Shown piece by piece: positions 1-8,714 of a DNA stretch of 32,000 bases; positions within the stretch are counted from its first letter, which is position 1, and each line of letters opens with the position of its first letter. The DNA comes from Nitrosopumilus maritimus SCM1. GTDB lineage: Archaea; Thermoproteota; Nitrososphaeria; Nitrososphaerales; Nitrosopumilaceae. The stretch spans positions 990,001-1,022,000 of the forward strand of contig NC_010085.1 of the NCBI RefSeq assembly GCF_000018465.1. The letters run 5' to 3'. The translations under genes and the position numbers were made by a program. The notes beneath the pieces are model-generated. The model did not search any database, had not been told where the DNA came from, and saw only the letters and a list, made by a program, of their open reading frames with translations.

Positions 1-964
1 CATAACCATGATTTTGACTTGTGACATAGACTTGATTTGTCTCCAAGTTAACACATGGTTTGTTTTGTCCACGGTGTCCATACTTTAGTTTGTAAGTTTC
101 AGTGTTTCCTGCAATTCCAATTATTTGTGCACCAAGACAAATTCCAAGTGTTGGTATATTATTTTCAATTAATTTTTTAGTTGTTTCAATTGTTGCAGGA
201 CAGTTTTGAGGATCACCAGGACCACTGCTCAAAACAATTCCTTTTGGATTGTATGACATTATTTTTTCATATGAAGTATTCCATGGGACAACAACTACTT
301 TGTAACCAAGTTCTCTAACATTTCTAATAATTGCAAATTTTGCACCAGTGTCAATTACAACAACTGTCTGCTCTTCGTTTCCATAGACTTTTTCTTCCTT
401 GGTGGATACTGCATCCATAAACTGTTCAGAATTGTAATTTGTAGCCTCAGAAAGCTGTTTTTTGACTGCTTCTACATCAATCTCAGTATCTGAGACTACT
501 AGAGCAGCCATCATGACACCACTAGTTCTAAGTTTTTTTGTTAATGCCCTAGTATCAATTTCAGCAATTCCTGGAATTTTTTCATTGTACATCCATTCAT
601 CCAAAGTCATGGATAGATTCCAGTGACTTGCAGTATGAGATAGTTCATGTATTACAAGACCTCTAGCTTGGATTTCATTGGCTTCAAAATATTTTGGAAT
701 TCCATCGTCATCTTTAACTTCTGGATCGGGAACTCCATAATTTCCAACAAGTGGATAAGTTAGTGTAAGAATTTGGCCTTTGTAGGATGGGTCAGTTAGT
801 GCTTCTGTATACCCAACCATTCCAGTATTGAACACAATTTCACCAAAAACAGTCGTCGAATATCCGAATCCTTCACCGTCAAGAACAGTTCCATCATCAA
901 AAATGAGCTTTCCAAACTTTTTTGCGTGAGTTGATTTCTTTGTGGATATTGTGACCCTCAGCAA
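1..964 (-). CDS. carA: Carbamoyl-phosphate synthase small subunit, 3' end cut off by the window edge
   Basis: Translating the complement by eye gives KKFGKLIFDDGTVLDGEGFGYSTTVFGEIVFNTGMVGYTEALTDPSYKGQILTLTYPLVGNYGVPDPE, the characteristic CarA N-terminus. The likely start is TTG near 964. The gene is not in the supplied ORF track because it runs off the edge. Confidence 0.9.
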   Translation of the reverse strand, partial: MLRVTISTKKSTHAKKFGKLIFDDGTVLDGEGFGYSTTVFGEIVFNTGMVGYTEALTDPSYKGQILTLTYPLVGNYGVPDPEVKDDDGIPKYFEANEIQARGLVIHELSHTASHWNLSMTLDEWMYNEKIPGIAEIDTRALTKKLRTSGVMMAALVVSDTEIDVEAVKKQLSEATNYNSEQFMDAVSTKEEKVYGNEEQTVVVIDTGAKFAIIRNVRELGYKVVVVPWNTSYEKIMSYNPKGIVLSSGPGDPQNCPATIETTKKLIENNIPTLGICLGAQIIGIAGNTETYKLKYGHRGQNKPCVNLETNQVYVTSQNHGY

Positions 965-1040
965 TTCCGTTGTAATACGAATTTAAGTTTTATGTGAATT
1001 GTATTTTGAAAAAAATGATCGCTATTGGAATTGGGTTTTG

Positions 1041-2597
1041 TTAGTTTACAGAAATTATTCCAGATTTTATCAAAAATTGCATTCCTTGTACAAAGGCATC
1101 ATCATCAATTGTGCCATCAGCCCACCAACCAGCATTGACTTTAACCCATACAGGAACTTCGTTTGTTTGAGAATTTGAACCAGTCAAAGTAGGAGGAATT
1201 TGAATAATGTTTTCATCAATTAAAAACTGAATTCCTTGAATGAAAGAATCATCATCAATTGACCCATCTGCCCACCAACCAGCATTACTTTTTACCCAAG
1301 ATGGAATTTCGTTTGTCTCAGAATTTGCAGATATGCCAGGCTCAATTACGATAATAAAATTTCCTTTTGATTCAGAATCACCATCAATGTTAGATACAAC
1401 AAGATTTGCTGAGCCAGAATATTTTGAATCAAAGTTTACTTGATGGATATTTGAATAATCAGAATCAATATCACCTTTGAAATGATTTTGATAAATGGTC
1501 TTACCCTGTTGGATTACTGAAAAATCATATTCCACATGGTGTTTATGATGGTCTGAAAAGATTTGCTGAAAATCTATGAAAAATGTCACATCCTCACCTG
1601 CATGAATAATTTCAGGTTCCCAATACAAGAATACTTGATAATCAGAGGTTGTAAAATCTAATGGAAAATCAACTTTGTCATTTGGTTGTAGTTTAAACTC
1701 AATTATTTCATCAGATGTTTGCACATTATTCTTTAACAACTTGAGCAAATCACGAGTAATCACAGTGTGTACAGTTCGATCATCAAAAGAATAATCATCA
1801 ATAGTTGTAATGTCGTGAGGCAGTAAAAGTCCATTTACATATGAATCATAATTTGTAGAAAGAAAATCACTAAACGTATTTGGAATTCGTACTTCTTGAT
1901 GAATCACACTTATCTCTTGAAAATTTTGATTCCAATCAAAAGGAATGGTAAAAGTTAGTTGGTTTGAGTCAAAATTAAAATCTTGAATTTGATCAAAATA
2001 AGAAACAACATGTAGTTTTTGAGATTGTTTCAAATGATCATCCACATTGAAATATTGGTGGTCTGCAATACTTATGCCACCTTCAAATTCAATAGGTTTT
2101 TTCAAAACATTTGAATCAGAATCGATAGACAAAATTTTTACTTTGTACTCATAAAGGCCTCCAGAAGTGAAAACAGGTCCAGTAAATGTTAATGGATGTT
2201 GTTCATCTACTAGCCATCCTCCTAAAACAGATTCTTGAGTTCCTTGAATGGAAATCTCATCAGAATCATCAGATATTACAGATAATTTCAGAGTGCCAGT
2301 TTCATCATGAAAAACTTCTTTGAAAAGTTGTTGGTCATTTTTTAAAAATTCTACTTCAAATGTCACATGTTCAATTGCTGCCTCTGTTTTTGAATCAAAA
2401 AGATTCATGGTTATCAAGTGTTCATTTACAGTAGGATCAAAAATAGAAGGCGATACAGATATTGAAAAAGTGACATCTCTATCACCTATGGACGCAGGGG
2501 GCAAGGTTTCGCTTCCAAATCCATGTCCAAATACTAGTTCAGCAGAGCCAACAAGACTGAAACCTAAAACAAAAAGTAAAACAAGTAAATTTTTCAA
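1041..2597 (-). CDS. Secreted protein with signal peptide and two C-terminal GWWADG-type tandem repeats
   Basis: 518 aa ORF. N-terminus MKNLLVLLFVLGFSLVGSAELVFG looks like a signal peptide. The C-terminus has two 38-aa copies of xPxWVKxNAGWWADGxIDDDxFxQGxQFLIxxxII, a repeat I recognise from thaumarchaeal secreted proteins. Confidence 0.85.
   Translation of the reverse strand: MKNLLVLLFVLGFSLVGSAELVFGHGFGSETLPPASIGDRDVTFSISVSPSIFDPTVNEHLITMNLFDSKTEAAIEHVTFEVEFLKNDQQLFKEVFHDETGTLKLSVISDDSDEISIQGTQESVLGGWLVDEQHPLTFTGPVFTSGGLYEYKVKILSIDSDSNVLKKPIEFEGGISIADHQYFNVDDHLKQSQKLHVVSYFDQIQDFNFDSNQLTFTIPFDWNQNFQEISVIHQEVRIPNTFSDFLSTNYDSYVNGLLLPHDITTIDDYSFDDRTVHTVITRDLLKLLKNNVQTSDEIIEFKLQPNDKVDFPLDFTTSDYQVFLYWEPEIIHAGEDVTFFIDFQQIFSDHHKHHVEYDFSVIQQGKTIYQNHFKGDIDSDYSNIHQVNFDSKYSGSANLVVSNIDGDSESKGNFIIVIEPGISANSETNEIPSWVKSNAGWWADGSIDDDSFIQGIQFLIDENIIQIPPTLTGSNSQTNEVPVWVKVNAGWWADGTIDDDAFVQGMQFLIKSGIISVN
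1044..1157 (-). repeat. Second copy of the 38-aa GWWADG repeat, coding
   Basis: VPVWVKVNAGWWADGTIDDDAFVQGMQFLIKSGIISVN; coordinates derived from residue numbering. Confidence 0.8.
1194..1307 (-). repeat. First copy of the 38-aa GWWADG repeat, coding
   Basis: IPSWVKSNAGWWADGSIDDDSFIQGIQFLIDENIIQIP; clearly similar to the downstream copy. Confidence 0.8.
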
Positions 2598-2658
2598 TTT
2601 TACTCAAACAAAAACTAGGTAAGAAATAATACTTTAGGCTAAAAATCACTTGAGAAAA

Positions 2659-3852
2659 TCATAGTGCTTGGAACTCTTCGCTCCATTTGTGATATGCACG
2701 AATCATTTCAGTTGAAACACTTGGCTTTCTTCTTGCCATAATATCCTTGAAATCAGTTGATGTAAGTTCTCTAGGTTGAACTGGTTCTTCTCCTTCTACT
2801 GGTTCATGATAATCAGGAGAGTCAAATATTTCATGTACTGTTTTGATTTGTGCAGCTTGGCAAACATCTTTGATGTCACTTGCACTATAACCATCAAAGA
2901 GTTTTGCAAGATCAGTAGTGCTTACTCTAGAATCTTTGCTTAATTTAGCAGTGTATTGATCAAAGAGATTTTCTCTTGCTGCTTGAGTAGGCAGTGATAC
3001 GTAAATTCTCTTTTGGAATCTTCTAAGGAAAGGCCAATCAAGTGCCCAAGGTTTGTTTGTTGCACCAATTACATACATCATCAAATCTTTTCCTTTGCCA
3101 TTAACACCATCCATCTCAGTTAGGAATTGATTTTTAGTTCTAACTTCTCCACCGACTTCACTGCTTCTAGAACCTAATAGAGAATCAACTTCATCTACAA
3201 ACAAAATCACAGGTTTGCCTTCCTTTTCAGCATAACTTCTTGCCATTGAAAATAATTTTGAAACATTCTTTTCTGCTTCGCCTAACCACTTGCTCATCAT
3301 AGATGATGCATCTACATTGATAAAGTAACCATCCATCTCATTTGCAGTAGCAGCTGCTAACATTGTTTTACCAGTTCCAGGAGGACCATAAAGTAACATT
3401 CCTTTTGGCCAACCTAATGGGAATAAATCAGGTCTTTTAGTTGGATATACGATTGATTCACGTAATGCACTTTTTGCGTCATCTAAACCAATGACTTGGT
3501 CCCAAGTTACATCTGGTTTTTCTTTCATGATAAGGTCTTCAAAGTCATTTTCTGCCTCTTGTCTCTGAACAGATTTCTTTTGTTCTTCTTCTGAAGCCTT
3601 TGGATCAACTGCAGGTTCTACACCATGTGCCTGCTGCAATGCATTAATTCGATTATGATAAGAGTTGCATCTTTCTTTGTAAATTGGATTTAATTTGCTG
3701 TTAGGGTATAACTGTAATAATTTTACCAGAGCATCAATGGCTTGCTGATAATAGGTTATTGCTTGGCCACGTGCTCCTTGGGAATCAAATTTGATTGCCT
3801 CAGAAGCATATTTGCTAGCAGTATTTTCTAGTTCTTGGGGAGCCATACTCAT
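2659..3852 (-). CDS. cdvC: CdvC / Vps4-like AAA ATPase of the Cdv (ESCRT-III-like) cell division system
   Basis: 397 aa. N-terminal MIT-like helical region (ASKYASEAIKFDSQGARGQAITYYQQAIDALVKLLQLYP), Walker A GPPGTGKT, Walker B VILFVDEVDSLLG, and Vps4-type C-terminus. Confidence 0.93.
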   Translation of the reverse strand: MSMAPQELENTASKYASEAIKFDSQGARGQAITYYQQAIDALVKLLQLYPNSKLNPIYKERCNSYHNRINALQQAHGVEPAVDPKASEEEQKKSVQRQEAENDFEDLIMKEKPDVTWDQVIGLDDAKSALRESIVYPTKRPDLFPLGWPKGMLLYGPPGTGKTMLAAATANEMDGYFINVDASSMMSKWLGEAEKNVSKLFSMARSYAEKEGKPVILFVDEVDSLLGSRSSEVGGEVRTKNQFLTEMDGVNGKGKDLMMYVIGATNKPWALDWPFLRRFQKRIYVSLPTQAARENLFDQYTAKLSKDSRVSTTDLAKLFDGYSASDIKDVCQAAQIKTVHEIFDSPDYHEPVEGEEPVQPRELTSTDFKDIMARRKPSVSTEMIRAYHKWSEEFQAL

Positions 3853-3862
3853 TTCAAATTAC

Positions 3863-4363
3863 CTACGCAGTATTCCCTTGAGAATTTTGTTGGTATTCTA
3901 CAGTGTTAATCTCTGTAGCAAAATTGGTTAAATTAATTGCACTCGTTTCGTGCTCATCATAGTCAGGGCCATCATGGTATTTTTTCTTAAAATCAGATTT
4001 TTCTGAGATATCCACATGGATTCCCTTTACTTTACTAATAGAATCCTCAGCAGACATTATCAATTCAGAAATCTCATCATCCAAATCTTCAATTGAGCCT
4101 GCAGCCTCTGAAATTACAGATACAAAATATTTGAGAATTGAGCGCATCTCTTTTTTATCAGCATATTTGACTAGCATAAAATCAGCAATTCCAACAATTT
4201 TATTCAAATCTTGTAGTTCTTCTAAAGTTAATTTTTCAATGTTTTTATCATCAGATGATTTTACCTCAGAAATTTTTTTATCAATCTTTGAAGATAGTGA
4301 TTTTATACGCTCAATATCCTTTGAAAAATCTCTTTTAGAGTTTAGTACATTCAAGTATTGCAT
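3863..4363 (-). CDS. Hypothetical acidic helical protein between the CdvB-like gene and cdvC
   Basis: 166 aa ORF, 10 nt upstream of cdvC and overlapping the upstream gene by 13 nt. Charged, probably coiled-coil (IERIKSLSSKIDKKISEVKSSDDKNIEKLTLEELQDL). Confidence 0.8.
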   Translation of the reverse strand: MQYLNVLNSKRDFSKDIERIKSLSSKIDKKISEVKSSDDKNIEKLTLEELQDLNKIVGIADFMLVKYADKKEMRSILKYFVSVISEAAGSIEDLDDEISELIMSAEDSISKVKGIHVDISEKSDFKKKYHDGPDYDEHETSAINLTNFATEINTVEYQQNSQGNTA

Positions 4364-4908
4364 AATTTAAAAAAATCAACATTAGGGTACTGCTTACTTA
4401 TTTTAGAGTCCACCATCAATTTTACTTCATCTAAGAGAGTTGAAGATTCAGTGTTTGATTGACTAAAATCAAAACTAGCATGAGTAAGTGTTGCTGAATC
4501 AAGTACAATACTACCTAAATGAACAGAGAGTTCTGAGAGTTTTTGACTACAGTCAGGAACTAGTTCATAGAGTTGTGCGCTAATTGTCCTAATCAGAGGA
4601 ATAGAAGAAGGTAAAACTTGAGGAATAGAATGGATGTTTGTAATGCTTTTAGTTTTTCTTTTTGCAAGGGTTAGAATTTCAAGAGAAAATGCCATAGTTC
4701 GCTCAAGCTCAATTGCTTGAAGATGAGTTTTGTCTGATTCATCAAAATCAGATATCAAATCCTTGTTAGATTGTTTCAAATCATCTCTTTTTTGAGATAT
4801 GACAGTTACAATTTCATCTAGTAAAGAAGCAGAATACTCCAATCTAGGAGTTAAAGTAACAGAATGAGAAATATTCTCATTATCTATCTCTACACATTTT
4901 ACCGACAT
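4351..4908 (-). CDS. Putative divergent CdvB/Snf7-family (ESCRT-III-like) protein
   Basis: 185 aa. The pattern matches archaeal CdvB: charged helices, then LPSSIPLIRTISAQLYELVPDCSQKLSELSVHLGSIVLDSATLTHASFDF, ending NTESSTLLDEVKLMVDSKISKQYPNV (CdvB-like 'ILxEA...xxExxxxxxFPxxP'). It is also adjacent to cdvC. Based on recalled motif layout, not an alignment. Confidence 0.6.
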   Translation of the reverse strand: MSVKCVEIDNENISHSVTLTPRLEYSASLLDEIVTVISQKRDDLKQSNKDLISDFDESDKTHLQAIELERTMAFSLEILTLAKRKTKSITNIHSIPQVLPSSIPLIRTISAQLYELVPDCSQKLSELSVHLGSIVLDSATLTHASFDFSQSNTESSTLLDEVKLMVDSKISKQYPNVDFFKLCNT

Positions 4909-5065
4909 GAGTGATTTTTACTAGATTTTGTATTTGAGGACGATGTCACAATTAATTTAGTAACCACAGTTACACCCATCTGCAGATACAATTTTGATTT
5001 TTTTTGAGTATTTGTGTAAAGGAATTTAGCTCTCAATTTTACCTAATAACAAATCAATCATAATC

Positions 5066-6226
5066 ATGGTCAATGAGCACGCATTAACAGTTAGTCTCGA
5101 AGAATTTGGTTTGAGTAAATATGAGGCACAAGCCTATGTTGCGCTGATTGCCAAGGGCACTATTTCAGCAGGAGAATTAGCATACTATTCTGAAATACCA
5201 AGGACAAAGATTTACCCAACTTTACAAAAACTTGAAAACAAGAAACTTGCAATAATTTCAAAAAGTAAACCAATAATGTGTACTGCTATTGCACCAGAAG
5301 ACGCATTTGATGGAATAATTCATGAACAAATTAACAAAGTAAATGCAATGAATACTTTGGTATCAAACCTCAAAAAAGCAAGTGAGGAAAGTAGGAAATC
5401 ACGAGGTTCAGAAGAAAAAAGATATTTCCATATTAGTGCAAACAATGTACTATCACAACTTCAAACTATGATTGAAGGAAGTAAATCTTCAATTAAGATT
5501 ATGGCTGATCAATGGGGATTTGGATTATTAGCTGAATGTAAAGAACAACTAGTTGCAGTATTGCGTAGAAATCTTGATGTCAAAGTTATAGTACCACCAA
5601 CACAAATTTGTTCAGAAGCATATAGAATAATTCCTGATGGAGTAGAAATTAGAGCATCAGACATTACACAAAATTGCTTTATCTTTGATGAAACAGAATT
5701 ACTAATGGTAAATAATGAAAATGGTAAAGGAGCCATCTTTTCATCAACAGATATTCTTGGAGTAAATCAAGAAAAGGTATTCTCACATGTCTGGAAAAAT
5801 GCAACAAAGACAAAGGCACTTGCAGATATGACAAAAGCAGAAGCCCAAGAGATTTACAAAATTATCAAGACAGTAAACGAAACAGGTCTAACACACATTC
5901 TAAACTCTACAATGTTCTCAAAAAAGCCTGAATTTGATTTGTTTAAGCTATTAGAAAAGAGTGGTGTCTCTTTGAAATCAAAATCACTAGATGACATCAT
6001 AGAGATCATGGATGCTGTGCTGCAAATTACATGTTCAGGACATGTGAATTTTGAGGCAAATACAAAAAACATCACAGTAGAATCAAAGCTAAACAGCGGT
6101 CACTCTCTTCCATGGGTCTCAATTTTAGATGGATGTCTACAAAAACAAGGATACAAGACAAGAACTGTATTTCAAAACAACTCAAGTAAGGGCGAAAAAG
6201 TACACATCAAAATAAGTAAAAACTAA
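5066..6226 (+). CDS. TrmB-like HTH transcriptional regulator with central PLD-like and extra C-terminal domain
   Basis: 386 aa. N-terminus LEEFGLSKYEAQAYVALIAKGTISAGELAYYSEIPRTKIYPTLQKLENKKLA is the TrmB-family winged helix; SSIKIMADQWGFGLL... resembles the TrmB effector/PLD-like region. Confidence 0.88.
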   Translation: MVNEHALTVSLEEFGLSKYEAQAYVALIAKGTISAGELAYYSEIPRTKIYPTLQKLENKKLAIISKSKPIMCTAIAPEDAFDGIIHEQINKVNAMNTLVSNLKKASEESRKSRGSEEKRYFHISANNVLSQLQTMIEGSKSSIKIMADQWGFGLLAECKEQLVAVLRRNLDVKVIVPPTQICSEAYRIIPDGVEIRASDITQNCFIFDETELLMVNNENGKGAIFSSTDILGVNQEKVFSHVWKNATKTKALADMTKAEAQEIYKIIKTVNETGLTHILNSTMFSKKPEFDLFKLLEKSGVSLKSKSLDDIIEIMDAVLQITCSGHVNFEANTKNITVESKLNSGHSLPWVSILDGCLQKQGYKTRTVFQNNSSKGEKVHIKISKN

Positions 6227-6255
6227 AATCAGACGAAAATGACGCAACAATCGTC

Positions 6256-6711
6256 ATGTCTGAAGCAAAACTCAAGGAATTAGGAATAGAATTACCAGAA
6301 GCCCCAATACCTGCAGGAAACTATATCCCAGCAGTAAAAACAGGAAACCTACTTTTCATATCAGGACAGATTCCACTAGAAAATGGCAAGGTAGCATACA
6401 CTGGTAAAGTTTCAGATGACAATCTAGAGACTGCTCAGAAATCAGCTAAAAGTTGTGCAATTAACATTCTAGCTCAAATTAAAAGAGAAGCTGGAAGTTT
6501 GGATAAAGTAACAAAAATCGTAAGACTGTCAGGATTTGTAAATTCAGTTCCAGAATTCACACAGCATCCAAAAGTAATCAATCCGGCATCAGATTTGATG
6601 TTTGAGGTTTTTGGAGAAAAAGGAAAACATGCAAGAATAGCATTAGGTGCAGGAAGTTTACCACTTGATTCCATGACTGAAATTGATGCCATCGTAGAAT
6701 TATCAGAATAA
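6256..6711 (+). CDS. RidA / YjgF-YER057c-UK114 family protein
   Basis: PEAPIPAGNYIPAVKTGNLLFISGQIPLENGKVAYTGKV, and ARIALGAGSLPLDSMTEIDAIVELSE at the C-terminus. Confidence 0.9.
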   Translation: MSEAKLKELGIELPEAPIPAGNYIPAVKTGNLLFISGQIPLENGKVAYTGKVSDDNLETAQKSAKSCAINILAQIKREAGSLDKVTKIVRLSGFVNSVPEFTQHPKVINPASDLMFEVFGEKGKHARIALGAGSLPLDSMTEIDAIVELSE

Positions 6712-6774
6712 AATTACATGTGAGAGGTAGTTCTTATATCAAATGAACATACAAAAAATCTAGAAGTGTATTAA

Positions 6775-8052
6775 ATGGAATTGAAAAATTATATTTTCAA
6801 ACAGTTGTGGCTTCAAGTTGTAATCTCTTTACTAGTGGGATTAGGAGTTGGTTTAGTTTTAGGAGATGATGTAGGGGTCAGTCTAGATGACAACACTCTA
6901 GATACTGTTTCATCATATCTCAAAATTCCAGCCAACATATTTTTGAGTGTAATTTTGATGATCATAGTTCCATTAATTTTTGCATCAATTGTGGTTGCCA
7001 TTACTAATTTAGGTACAAAAGAAAAAATGAAAACTCTAGGATTAGGTATTGGAGTTTATTTTGTAATTACTACAACAATTGCAATTCTAATTGCAATAAC
7101 TCTTGCATCAGTTATTGCCCCTGGAAGTATTCTAGACCTTACTGCACTTCAAGAGACTCATGATCTTTCTGAAGATGATTTGAAAGTTACAGAAGGTTTC
7201 TCAGTAGATGAAATTCCAGATATTGCATCAAACATTATCCCAAGAAATCCAATTGTATCTTATCTTGAAGGACAAATGTTAAGCATTTTGATAATGGCGA
7301 TGATTGTAGGATTGGCAATGGCTGCTCTTCCAAAAGAGTCAGTCAAACCACTACTGGATTTACTTGAATCTGTTCAAAAAATCACATTATACATTTTGAT
7401 TATGGCAATGAAGATTGTACCATTTGCAGTCTTTGGTTTGATTGTAGGCATGGTTGCTAAAGTAGGAGTAGAAACAATGGCAGGACTTGGAGTATACATG
7501 GCAACAGTGATCCTAGGGCTTGGAGCCATGTTGTTGGTTTATACAATGATCATAAAATTTGTAGCAAAAAGACCAATCTCATCTACATTCTCAAAGTTCC
7601 GTAACCCACAGACTTTGGCATTCTCAACTGCAAGTTCAATGGCAACAATGCCTATGACATTAAAGACTGCAGAAGAGGATCTGAAGATAGATACACGTGT
7701 ATCAAAATTTGTCATTCCACTTGGAACTACAGTAAACATGGATGGAACTGCATTGTATCAAGTAATAGCAGTCTTCTTTTTGGCACAGCTCTTTGCAATT
7801 GAATTGAGTATATTCTCCATACTTGTGATTATCATTACTTCACTTTTGGCATCAATTGGAACACCTGCAGTTCCAGGAGCAGGAACAGTTGTTTTAGCTA
7901 CAATACTTGTAACAGTTGGAATTCCTCCAGTAGGAATTTTGTTATTGCTTTCAGTAGATAGAATTTTGGACATGATCAGGACCATGGTAAATGTCACAGG
8001 TGATCTTACTGCATCTTGCGCGTTTAATGAAATAACGCGAGAAAAGAATTGA
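6775..8052 (+). CDS. Dicarboxylate/amino acid:cation symporter (DAACS/GltP family)
   Basis: 425 aa, many transmembrane segments. Motifs FSTASSMATMPMTLK, GTTVNMDGTALYQ, and SIGTPAVPGAG...LLLSVDRILDMIRTMVNVTGDLTAS. Confidence 0.93.
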   Translation: MELKNYIFKQLWLQVVISLLVGLGVGLVLGDDVGVSLDDNTLDTVSSYLKIPANIFLSVILMIIVPLIFASIVVAITNLGTKEKMKTLGLGIGVYFVITTTIAILIAITLASVIAPGSILDLTALQETHDLSEDDLKVTEGFSVDEIPDIASNIIPRNPIVSYLEGQMLSILIMAMIVGLAMAALPKESVKPLLDLLESVQKITLYILIMAMKIVPFAVFGLIVGMVAKVGVETMAGLGVYMATVILGLGAMLLVYTMIIKFVAKRPISSTFSKFRNPQTLAFSTASSMATMPMTLKTAEEDLKIDTRVSKFVIPLGTTVNMDGTALYQVIAVFFLAQLFAIELSIFSILVIIITSLLASIGTPAVPGAGTVVLATILVTVGIPPVGILLLLSVDRILDMIRTMVNVTGDLTASCAFNEITREKN

Positions 8053-8096
8053 GGATTTGGAAATTTTCTTAAATATATTTTCAAAGAATTTGTTTC

Positions 8097-8294
8097 ATGG
8101 TACAAATGTGCAAAGGACTATGTGAGCGATTAAAATCAACATCATTTACAAACAATCTTCGTTACAAAATAGGGCAAAAGTGGTGTTCATTGTGTGCAAT
8201 ATTTTTTCTCACAGAGGAAAATTCATGTCCATGTTGTAAAACAAGATTAAGATCAAAAGCCAGAAGCAAAAAGTATGATTTGCCAAGAATATAA
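8097..8294 (+). CDS. Small zinc-ribbon-like protein
   Basis: 65 aa with cysteines CKGLC and WCSLCAIFF...CPCCKTRLRSKARSKK; a style common among small thaumarchaeal proteins. Confidence 0.75.
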   Translation: MVQMCKGLCERLKSTSFTNNLRYKIGQKWCSLCAIFFLTEENSCPCCKTRLRSKARSKKYDLPRI

Positions 8295-8321
8295 TCATCA
8301 GAAAACTCAAAAATATAGCAA

Positions 8322-8714
8322 ATGCATCCTAAAATCGAGGCTAAATTGAAGTATCTAGAAGAGATTGAATCTGAAAAATACATCTCAGTTGAGACATATA
8401 GAAAAAACGGTGATCCTGTAAAGACACCAGTTTGGTTTACAATAAAGAATGGTTTAATCTTTGTAGTAACTCGAGATCAAACAGGAAAAGTAAAGCGACT
8501 CAAAAACAACACTCAGGTAAAAATTGCAACATGTACCATTAAAGGTGAAATCAAAGGAAAGTGGGTTTCAGGTGTTGCAGAGATTTTAGATGAAGAAAAA
8601 ACAAAAGATGCAGTAAAAAGAAGAGACAAAAAATATGGATTCTTCTCCAAGATGGCAAGATTCCTTACTAAAAGCAAAGGAGAACTGTTAGCATTCTCAA
8701 TTAAGCTCAAGTGA
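8322..8714 (+). CDS. PPOX-class F420/FMN-dependent split-barrel flavoprotein
   Basis: 130 aa: KYISVETYRKNGDPVKTPVWFTIKNGLIFVVTRDQTGKVKRLKNNTQVKIATCTIKGEIKGKWVSGVAEI. Confidence 0.82.
   Translation: MHPKIEAKLKYLEEIESEKYISVETYRKNGDPVKTPVWFTIKNGLIFVVTRDQTGKVKRLKNNTQVKIATCTIKGEIKGKWVSGVAEILDEEKTKDAVKRRDKKYGFFSKMARFLTKSKGELLAFSIKLK

Noticed and set aside
1240-4370. Plus-strand ORFs 1240..1443, 2320..2622 and 4131..4370
   Set aside because: They lie antisense inside confident minus-strand genes and have no recognisable motifs.
5509-6692. Minus-strand ORFs 5509..5736, 5854..6075 and 6474..6692
   Set aside because: Antisense to the TrmB-like and RidA genes; compositionally shadow ORFs.
6813-8383. 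Minus-strand ORFs 6813..7001, 7539..7739, 7758..8105 and 8162..8383
   Set aside because: Antisense to the symporter gene and the small zinc-ribbon ORF, which both show real protein motifs.
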